Source of the DNA: Patescibacteria group bacterium | GTDB lineage: Bacteria; Patescibacteriota; Minisyncoccia; UBA9983 | Assembly: GCA_040752125.1 (NCBI GenBank) | Contig: JBFMFK010000003.1 | Coordinates: 19,034 to 83,033, forward strand | DNA length: 64,000 nt | Reading direction: 5' to 3' | Shown: positions 8,745-15,442 of the stretch, piece by piece | How the letters are laid out: each line of letters starts with the position of its first letter | How positions within the stretch are numbered: position 1 is the stretch's first letter | Notes under the pieces: model-generated | The model's database searches: none | The model's input: only the letters and a program-made list of their open reading frames with translations | Told to the model about the DNA's origin: nothing | Translations under genes and position numbers: made by a program

Positions 8745-9731
8745 ATGGCAATCAAGGTAGGCATTCTTAGGGGCGGTCCATCTAATGAACATGAAGTTTC
8801 CCTAAAAACAGGGGAAAACGTAATTAAATATCTGCCCCAAAAATATTCTGTCTACGATATTATTCTAGGAAAAAGCGGAAATTGGTTTTTCAATAAAAAA
8901 ATTTCTCTTCCTGATAAAATTCTCCGGTCTATAGATGTTGTTTTCAATGCTTTACACGGAGAATTCGGCGAAGATGGAAAGGTTCAGCAAATTCTGGAAA
9001 CCTTTGGCGTTCCCTATACAGGTTCTGGCATCCTCTCCTCGGCATTGGGAATGAATAAAATTTTTTCCAGCGCTATCTTCGCAAAGGTCGGGCTGAAGAT
9101 ACCTGAAGGTATTATCATTGATAAAGAAAAATCACTCCTGGAAACAGCAAAAGATATTTTCAAACTGAAATCTCCTCCTTGGGTGGTAAAGCCAATTTCC
9201 TGCGGCTCGTCAGTCGGGGTTTGCGTGGCAGATACTTTTGACGATCTTGTAAGGGGTATAAAAGATGCCTTTTTATACAGCAATAGAATAATTATTGAGG
9301 AATATATCAAAGGAAGGGAAATGACCTGCGGGGTTATTGACAGTTTCAGAGGAGAAAGATATTACGCTCTGCCGGTGACAGAAATTATCCTTCCGCCATT
9401 TTGTAAATTTTTTGATTATAATGCAAAATATAAATATGAGACGCAGGAAATCTGTCCTGCTAATATTGATTTGAATATCAAAAAATCAATAGAAGAGATG
9501 GCAAAGACAGCGCATAGATCATTGGGCTGTAGAGATTACTCAAGATCTGATTTTATGGTTGCGTATAAAAAGAGGAAACCGGAAATATATATTCTTGAGA
9601 TTAATACTTTGCCCGGCTTGACACCAGCCTCTCTTTTGCCAAAGGCATTGAGTGCTGTTGGTTCAACCTATACAGAATTTTTAGATCACATCATTGGATT
9701 GGCATTAAACAGAAAAAATAATAAAAAATAA
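8745..9731 (+). CDS. ddl: D-alanine--D-alanine ligase
   Basis: The N-terminus reads IKVGILRGGPSNEHEVSLKTG. An ATP-grasp body is present, and the C-terminus ILEINTLPGLTPASLLPKA matches Ddl. Confidence 0.85.
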   Translation: MAIKVGILRGGPSNEHEVSLKTGENVIKYLPQKYSVYDIILGKSGNWFFNKKISLPDKILRSIDVVFNALHGEFGEDGKVQQILETFGVPYTGSGILSSALGMNKIFSSAIFAKVGLKIPEGIIIDKEKSLLETAKDIFKLKSPPWVVKPISCGSSVGVCVADTFDDLVRGIKDAFLYSNRIIIEEYIKGREMTCGVIDSFRGERYYALPVTEIILPPFCKFFDYNAKYKYETQEICPANIDLNIKKSIEEMAKTAHRSLGCRDYSRSDFMVAYKKRKPEIYILEINTLPGLTPASLLPKALSAVGSTYTEFLDHIIGLALNRKNNKK

Positions 9732-9733
9732 TT

Positions 9734-11053
9734 ATGGAAGAAAGAAATGTCGTAATAAAACTAGAGAATGTAGATTTTTACTACGATAAAGGCAAACCCA
9801 CTGAGGTGAGGGCGCTTAAAGAAATTGATCTTGACATTAAGACTGGTGATTATGTTAGTTTTTTCGGTCCGTCCGGTTGCGGCAAATCTACCATACTTTA
9901 CGTTATTGCTGGCGTGGAAAAGCCGGAATCAGGAAGGGTATTGGTCAATAATCAGGATCTGATGACTTTTTCTCCCAGAGAATTGGCAATTTACAGGCAG
10001 GTTGCCATTGGAATAATTTTTCAGAATTTTAATCTTATACCATCTGTCAGAAATATAGATAATGTTACCTTACCGATGGCCTTTTTGGGAATTTCTCCTG
10101 AAAGAAGAAGGCGCAGAGCAATGGAGATTCTTGGCCGTCTGGACATAGATGATTTAGCAGATCGTTTTCCGCATGAATTGTCCGGAGGCCAGCAGCAGAG
10201 AGTGGCCATTGCTCGAGCAATGGCCAATGACCCACCGATTATTTTAGCTGACGAACCTCTTGGCAATCTTGACACTGCCAATGCCACCAATGTTCTTGAC
10301 CTTTTAAGAAAATTCAAGGAAAGAGACGGTAAAACTATTGTTATGGTTACTCACGAGGCCTGGAGCTTGCGCGATGTGGATCGAGTCTTTTATATGCGCG
10401 ACGGAGCCATTATTAGAATAGAAGAGAGGAAAAAGAAAGAATCTGAATTGAAAAAAGTCGGCACATCATTTTATTACAAAAAGCTCTTTCCCGAATTGGC
10501 AGATGTTGAGAGCAGGGCCAAGGCAGTGGCATCTTTGATGCTTAGAGGCCATTCAAAAGAAGAAGTGAAAAGATTGGAATTTTTTCTCGTGCAGCTGATG
10601 AGGAAAAATATTGAAAAAGATTTATTCAAAAGGTGTCTGGATAGGCCATTTAAAAATGGCGGGGTCGGTCTTTGGAGACAGAAGGCTAATAAGATCGCTG
10701 ATTATGTTGAAGAGATCATCCAAGCACAGTCAGATCTTTCTGTGCTTTATAAAAAATTGGAGAAATTCCCTGATGCTCCATTATATGAAGAAATCAGCAA
10801 TTTGAGAAAGTGGCTGATTGAAGGATATGATTTGCGGTTAACACCGCTTCAAATGGGCCGCCTCAATGAAATTATTGGCGAGAGAATCAGAAATATAATC
10901 TCTGCTGAAGATTTTAAGAAAATTCTTGACCTTTCCAAAGATAAAGGAGGGGTGGGGCTGAAAATCCAGACCAGTTTAAAAATGGCTGAAAAATTGGAAA
11001 CCTTTTTGGGCAAACAAAAGACAGAAGAAATAAATAAAGAAGTAATCGTGTAG
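9734..11053 (+). CDS. ABC transporter ATP-binding protein (MacB/LolD/FtsE-type) with ~220-aa C-terminal extension containing an internal duplication
   Basis: Walker A GPSGCGKST, signature LSGGQQQRVAIARA and Walker B ILADEP are present. The C-terminal tail carries two KxGGVGL repeats (FKNGGVGLWRQK... and SKDKGGVGLKIQ...). Confidence 0.8.
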   Translation: MEERNVVIKLENVDFYYDKGKPTEVRALKEIDLDIKTGDYVSFFGPSGCGKSTILYVIAGVEKPESGRVLVNNQDLMTFSPRELAIYRQVAIGIIFQNFNLIPSVRNIDNVTLPMAFLGISPERRRRRAMEILGRLDIDDLADRFPHELSGGQQQRVAIARAMANDPPIILADEPLGNLDTANATNVLDLLRKFKERDGKTIVMVTHEAWSLRDVDRVFYMRDGAIIRIEERKKKESELKKVGTSFYYKKLFPELADVESRAKAVASLMLRGHSKEEVKRLEFFLVQLMRKNIEKDLFKRCLDRPFKNGGVGLWRQKANKIADYVEEIIQAQSDLSVLYKKLEKFPDAPLYEEISNLRKWLIEGYDLRLTPLQMGRLNEIIGERIRNIISAEDFKKILDLSKDKGGVGLKIQTSLKMAEKLETFLGKQKTEEINKEVIV

Positions 11054-11064
11054 CGAATATTTTT

Positions 11065-12336
11065 ATGGATACTCAAAAATTTCAAGAAAAAGAATTTAAG
11101 ATACAAAGAGAACAGAACATGGTGTTAAAAGCTGATTCCCACCATCTTCGGTTTGGAGATCTTTTTAAATTGTCTTTGCGAGTTTTCAGGGTGAGACCGG
11201 CAAGAACTCTGCTGACGATTTTGGGAATTTCCATAGGCATTGGCACGGTTTTGTTTTTGGTTTCTTTGGGCTATGGCCTGCAGTATATTTTAATAGGAAA
11301 ACTGGCAGCCACAGAGGATTCTTTGGTAACATTGGATGCTTATTATCCTACGGAAAGCAATCTTAACATTATGCAAAAAGACATTGATGAGATTCTTGTT
11401 ATGGAGGGAGCCCAGGAAATAAGTCCGGTGGCAGAATTCACCGGAGAAACAAAGCTAGACACTCTTTCAGGATTTGTAATGGTGAAGATAGTGCGTCCGA
11501 ATTATTTCCGCTTGTCTGGAACGGCCGCAGACAAGGGTTCTGTATTTACTGAAGGCGAGAAATCAGCAATAATTTCCAATAATGCCCTGCAGCTTTTTGA
11601 TTTGGATCCTGATAATGCTCTTGGCAAAAAGGTTTCTGTAAAGGTTTTTTTCCTGCTCAATCAAGAATCAGAAGTTAAGACTGTGGATATTACTTCGGAA
11701 TTCAACATCAAAGGCATTATCAATGACGACACCCAACAGCCTTTTATTATGATTCCTTTTGATTCAGTTCCAGAGGCACCCCCTTCTTATCAGAGGATTT
11801 TGGTCAAAGCAAAGAGCATAGATGAAGTAGAGCCATTAAGAGATAAATTGATTGCCCAAGGATTTTTAATTTCCGCGAGAATTGATTTGGTAAATCAGGC
11901 AAAAAAAATCATGACCATCATCACTATTATCTTAGGTGTATTCGGCGTAACCGCCCTAGTTGTTTCTGCTATCGGAATGTTCAATACTATGATTATCGGA
12001 TTTATGGAAAGAATTTTTGAAGTCGGAATTATGAAATCAATCGGCGCTTCAATACAGGATATCAGAAATCTTTTTCTGATGGAATCTTTCATAATGGGAA
12101 TCTTAGGCGGCATTGGCGGAATTTTGATAGGGATCTTGAGCGGAGAAATATTCAATCTTGTTTTGAATCTCATTGCCAAGAACTTGGGCGGAAAGTCTGT
12201 TCAGTTGTTTATTTATCCTTGGCAATTTTTGATTTTTATTTTTATAATCTCAGCATTAGTTGGCATCAGCTCTGGATTCTGGCCTGCGCGCAAGGCATCA
12301 AAACTGTCGCCAAAACAAGCCTTCATACAGAAGTAA
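11065..12336 (+). CDS. ABC transporter permease, FtsX/MacB-like (N-terminal TM, large extracytoplasmic domain, three C-terminal TM helices)
   Basis: The N-terminus LRVFRVRPARTLLTILGISIGIGTVLFLVSLG and the C-terminal TM bundle are typical of the MacB_PCD/FtsX family. Confidence 0.75.
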   Translation: MDTQKFQEKEFKIQREQNMVLKADSHHLRFGDLFKLSLRVFRVRPARTLLTILGISIGIGTVLFLVSLGYGLQYILIGKLAATEDSLVTLDAYYPTESNLNIMQKDIDEILVMEGAQEISPVAEFTGETKLDTLSGFVMVKIVRPNYFRLSGTAADKGSVFTEGEKSAIISNNALQLFDLDPDNALGKKVSVKVFFLLNQESEVKTVDITSEFNIKGIINDDTQQPFIMIPFDSVPEAPPSYQRILVKAKSIDEVEPLRDKLIAQGFLISARIDLVNQAKKIMTIITIILGVFGVTALVVSAIGMFNTMIIGFMERIFEVGIMKSIGASIQDIRNLFLMESFIMGILGGIGGILIGILSGEIFNLVLNLIAKNLGGKSVQLFIYPWQFLIFIFIISALVGISSGFWPARKASKLSPKQAFIQK

Positions 12337-12406
12337 TCGCGGATTAACGAATTTGTGCGAATATGACTAATACAAAAGAAAATAAATACTTATTTAAAAC
12401 CAAAAT

Positions 12407-12820
12407 ATGAATGGTCCAATAAAAATTCTGGCGATTGAGGATGATGAATTTATAAGAATCTTGTTAATGGATATTTTCTGGATTCATGGTGTCAAAGACA
12501 ATCTTCAGCTTCTTCTGGCTAGCAACATCAGCGAGGCAAGAGATATTTTAAATAGAGAGAAACCAGCATTGATTATTTTGGATATGATGCTGCCTGAAAA
12601 AGAAGAAGAGCCGTTGAATAAGCTTGCTGGTTGCAAATTTTTGGAAGAATTAAAGAAAAACTCGCGAACACGAGATATTAAAATACTTGTATTTTCTGGT
12701 TTTGACGATAAAGAGCTAAAGGAAAAAGCAATGAAATTAGGAGCAGATAAATTTTTAGTCAAAGGAGAGCATATGCCAAAAGAGCTTTTAGATTCAATAA
12801 AAGAGCTAATCAACATATAA
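12407..12820 (+). CDS. stand-alone response-regulator receiver domain (CheY-like)
   Basis: IKILAIEDDEFIRILL, ALIILDMMLP and a conserved K (KILVFSG) are present. There is no output domain, and no histidine kinase is visible in the window. Confidence 0.75.
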   Translation: MNGPIKILAIEDDEFIRILLMDIFWIHGVKDNLQLLLASNISEARDILNREKPALIILDMMLPEKEEEPLNKLAGCKFLEELKKNSRTRDIKILVFSGFDDKELKEKAMKLGADKFLVKGEHMPKELLDSIKELINI

Positions 12821-12859
12821 TTTTGCTTTGTTTCTCGCGAAAGCAAGAAGAATTTCTCT

Positions 12860-12890
12860 ATCTCGCATCCACGAGATTTTTATTTTTTCA
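12860..12890 (+). terminator. rho-independent terminator (ATCTCG-catcca-CGAGAT + TTTTATTTTTT)
   Basis: Direct read downstream of the receiver gene. Confidence 0.65.
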
Positions 12891-12978
12891 GAAATTGAAA
12901 AAATTTTTTATCATCAGGAGATAAACGAATTTTTATTTATCCACAAGAAAAACAATAAAAAACATATCAAAAAAAACA

Positions 12979-13020
12979 ATAATGCAATATAATTAATGCA
13001 ATATAATTAACATTAATAAT
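12979..13020. repeat. tandem ~14-nt direct repeat (TAATGCAATATAAT x2 + degenerate third copy) upstream of the MNT gene
   Basis: Direct read. Confidence 0.7.
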
Positions 13021-13030
13021 GTATTAGCAA

Positions 13031-13363
13031 TGTATTAAGGGAAGGCATATCGAAAAACCAATCAAAAAATTTTCAATAAATAAAAAAGAAGCAGAGCAGA
13101 TTAAAAATATAATCAAAAGACATATTAATCTGAGAGATTATAAAATTTTTATTTTCGGATCGCGAGCAAAGGGCAGAGCTCGAAAATTTTCTGATTATGA
13201 TGTAGGAATTATAGGTAAGAAAGAAGTGCCTAGCGAGAAAATGATTTTGATTGAAGAAGAATTTGAAAATTCAGATTTGCCATATAGTGTTGAAGTAATA
13301 GATTTTGCTATGGTGAGTGATGATTTTAAAAAAATTGCTTTAAAGAAAATTAAAAAACTATGA
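13031..13363 (+). pseudogene. minimal nucleotidyltransferase (MNT, HI0073-like) with an in-frame TAA at codon 3 after the only ATG (otherwise intact 107-codon reading frame; may use a non-AUG start)
   Basis: The frame carries GSRAKGRARKFSDYDVGI (GSx9-11SDxD NTase motif), followed by EVIDFAM. It reads ATG TAT TAA GGG AAG..., and there is no ATG, GTG or TTG between the TAA and the NTase motif. The ORF is absent from the supplied ORF track for that reason. Confidence 0.55.
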
Positions 13364-13374
13364 GCTAAAACCAA

Positions 13375-13755
13375 ATGAAGAAAGAGAGAAAAGACACACT
13401 AATTGAAAAGTTTGAAGAAGCCTTTCAGAGATTGGAAGAAGCAATTAAAGAACGGCCGACTCAAATGAACAAAGATGCAACTATCCAACGTTTTGAATTT
13501 ACTTTTGAATTAAGTTGGAAAGCGGCGCAAGCATTTTTGAAAGATCAAGGCATTGTTTGTAAAAGTCCGCGAGATTGTTTCAGAAAGTCTGCTGATTATG
13601 GTCTGATTAAAAGTCCAACACCCTGGTTTGATTTTTTAAAAGCAAGAAATAATATTGCGCATACCTATAACCAAAAGATGGCAGATAGGATTTATAAAAA
13701 AGCAATTAAATTTCCAAATTTCGCTGAAAAACTTTTAAAAAATTTAAAAGAATAA
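13375..13755 (+). CDS. HEPN-domain nucleotidyltransferase substrate-binding protein (HI0074 family), partner of the upstream MNT
   Basis: IQRFEFTFELSWKA and the R-x4-H motif ARNNIAHTY are present. It follows the MNT gene after 11 nt. Confidence 0.7.
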   Translation: MKKERKDTLIEKFEEAFQRLEEAIKERPTQMNKDATIQRFEFTFELSWKAAQAFLKDQGIVCKSPRDCFRKSADYGLIKSPTPWFDFLKARNNIAHTYNQKMADRIYKKAIKFPNFAEKLLKNLKE

Positions 13756-13765
13756 CTTAACAAAC

Positions 13766-13860
13766 ATAAAAAAGTTTTTCAAAAATATTATAATAAATAA
13801 AAAATCCGAAATCCGAAATCCTAAACAAATTTCAATGAATCAAATCCCAAATTCAAATTA
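13766..13860. repeat. ~95-nt leader repeat R1 (AAAAAGTTTTTCAAAAATATTATAATAAA...AAATCCGAAATCCGAAATCCTAAACAAATTTCAATGAATCAAATCC), duplicated at 14521..14611
   Basis: The two copies are about 90% identical, each placed directly upstream of an operon start. Each contains a TATAAT and a triple AAATCCN direct repeat. Confidence 0.85.
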
Positions 13861-13867
13861 AAAACAT

Positions 13868-14098
13868 ATGATAACAAAAATCCCATTGAAATCTTATAAA
13901 AAACAAATCTCTTTGAAACGTTTCTCGGGGAAATGGGTAGCTTTTATTAATGATAAAGTTATTGCCTGGGCAGATAACCTTCAAGATTTAGAGAGAAAGA
14001 TAAAAAAGATAAGACCCAAAAAGGAACCAGTTTATTTTTTGGTACCAAGAAAAGATGAAGGGCCCTATATTTTGTTTCCCATACATTTTCCACAATAA
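13868..14098 (+). CDS. small hypothetical protein, DUF5678-like (GKWVAF..DKVIAWADNLQDLERKIKK)
   Basis: The ORF is 76 aa. Its pattern resembles the DUF5678 family that I recall from archaea and thermophiles. The assignment is from memory, not from a search. Confidence 0.4.
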   Translation: MITKIPLKSYKKQISLKRFSGKWVAFINDKVIAWADNLQDLERKIKKIRPKKEPVYFLVPRKDEGPYILFPIHFPQ

Positions 14099-14114
14099 TT
14101 CAATATGAAAAAAC

Positions 14115-14504
14115 ATGGAAAAAGAATTTAATTATTCACAAAAAGATAATAAATGGTATCCAACTATTGATGTAATTCTTCAAGGTCATGTGCGAGGGCG
14201 AGCCTTTAGGGCTTTAGTTGATTCTGGGGCTTCTATTTCAATATTTCGAGGAGAAGTTGCTGATTATTTAGGAATTCTTTTAGAAAAAGGAAAGCCGACG
14301 TATTTAACCGGAGTTGGTGGAAGAATTTTAGGTTACTTACATAAAATTCCTGTAGAAATTGAAAATAAAAAATTTAATTGTAAAATCATTTTTTCACGAG
14401 AATATACAGTTTCTTTTAATATTTTAGGTCGTGATAACTTTTTCTTGCCGTTTTTAATCACTTTTAACGAGAAGATGAGAAAATTAAAAATTATTGATTA
14501 TTAA
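14115..14504 (+). CDS. retropepsin-like aspartic protease (clan AA, single-domain, presumably homodimeric)
   Basis: The canonical active-site motif is present as ALVDSGASISIF (hydrophobic-hydrophobic-D-S/T-G-A), followed by a GVGG flap-like segment. Length is 129 aa. Confidence 0.6.
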   Translation: MEKEFNYSQKDNKWYPTIDVILQGHVRGRAFRALVDSGASISIFRGEVADYLGILLEKGKPTYLTGVGGRILGYLHKIPVEIENKKFNCKIIFSREYTVSFNILGRDNFFLPFLITFNEKMRKLKIIDY

Positions 14505-14520
14505 TTATGAGATGAGAAAA

Positions 14521-14611
14521 TATAAAAAAGTTTTTCAAAAATATTATAATAAAAAATCCTAAATCCTAAATCCTAAACAAATTTCAATGAATCAAATCCT
14601 AAAATCCAAAC
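14521..14611. repeat. leader repeat R2 (copy of R1)
   Basis: See R1. Confidence 0.85.
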
Positions 14612-14614
14612 AAT

Positions 14615-14740
14615 ATGAGAATTAAAATTTGCAAAAAATATTTGGCAATAATTACAATCGTTGTTCTTCTTTTGGGAATGATGCCGGCAAAAGAAGTTGA
14701 GGCGGCCACTTTTAGCAGGATGTTAATTAAAAATTTTTAA
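14615..14740 (+). CDS. 41-aa signal-peptide-like mini-ORF duplicating the N-terminus of the giant surface protein (…KEVEAATFS…), translationally coupled (TAATG) to the MNT gene
   Basis: MRIKICKKYLAIITIVVLLLGMMPAKEVEAATFSRMLIKNF can be compared with MRKFEKFLKKTLSIILLVILVSSALFANPQTVEAATFNW of the 15443 gene. At nucleotide level, gttgaggcggcCacttttaG aligns with gttgaggcggcGacttttaA. Confidence 0.3.
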   Translation: MRIKICKKYLAIITIVVLLLGMMPAKEVEAATFSRMLIKNF

Positions 14741-15087
14741 TGAATTATTCCATGGGTACCAAAATTGAAATTAAAAATTTACCAAAAGAGTTGAGGAAGA
14801 AAAGAATAGAAGAAAAATTAGCAGAAATTTGTGAACGCGAGGCCATAATCCTTATGTCTGTCTTTGGTTCTTTTGTTAAGGGACAGCAAAGAAAAAAAAG
14901 CGACATTGATATGGCAATTGAGTTTGCTAAAAATAGTGGAAAAAGCCTTTTGGATTTAGTTCGGATAGAAAATGAATTGACAAAAATATTTAAAAGAAAA
15001 GTAGACCTCGGGATTTTCAGCAGCCTAAATCCTTACATAATTCAAGATGTAAAAAAAGAAATGCAAACAATTTATGAAAAAAGATAA
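14740..15087 (+). CDS. minimal nucleotidyltransferase MntA-like (antitoxin of HepT/MntA type VII TA pair)
   Basis: The NTase motif FGSFVKGQQRKKSDIDMAI is present. The gene overlaps the downstream HepT by 14 nt. Confidence 0.75.
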   Translation: MNYSMGTKIEIKNLPKELRKKRIEEKLAEICEREAIILMSVFGSFVKGQQRKKSDIDMAIEFAKNSGKSLLDLVRIENELTKIFKRKVDLGIFSSLNPYIIQDVKKEMQTIYEKR

Positions 15088-15412
15088 GGCCTATTTAAAG
15101 CATATTTTAGATGCAATAGCCGATATAAAGAAATTTACAGAAGATATCTCAGAAGAAAAGTTTTATGAAGATAAAGAAAAACAGTATGCTGCCTTGAGGG
15201 GGCTTGAGATAATTGGCGAGGCAACAAAGAATCTTAGTAGGGAGTTAAGAGCAAAGAATCCTGAGATTCCCTGGAAAGATATTGCAGGTATGAGAGATAA
15301 GTTAATTCATGAATATTTTGGTGTCAATCTGGAATTAGTTTGGGAAACTATTAAAGATAGACTTCCTAAACTTAAAAAACAAATTTCTGAAATATTAAGT
15401 AACCTTAAATAA
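15074..15412 (+). CDS. HepT-like HEPN toxin (DUF86)
   Basis: It carries the R-x4-HxY motif MRDKLIHEYFGV and has the typical size of 112 aa. Confidence 0.75.
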   Translation: MKKDKAYLKHILDAIADIKKFTEDISEEKFYEDKEKQYAALRGLEIIGEATKNLSRELRAKNPEIPWKDIAGMRDKLIHEYFGVNLELVWETIKDRLPKLKKQISEILSNLK

Positions 15413-15442
15413 AATTTAGTAAAAAAGTAAAAAGAAAAAAAT

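Noticed and set aside
12979-13020. Possible CRISPR array or spacer repeats (also considered for 1777..1809 and the AAATCCN triplets in R1 and R2)
   Set aside because: The repeat units are 7-14 nt, with 2-4 copies and no unique spacers, far below CRISPR repeat and spacer sizes. No cas genes are present in the window.
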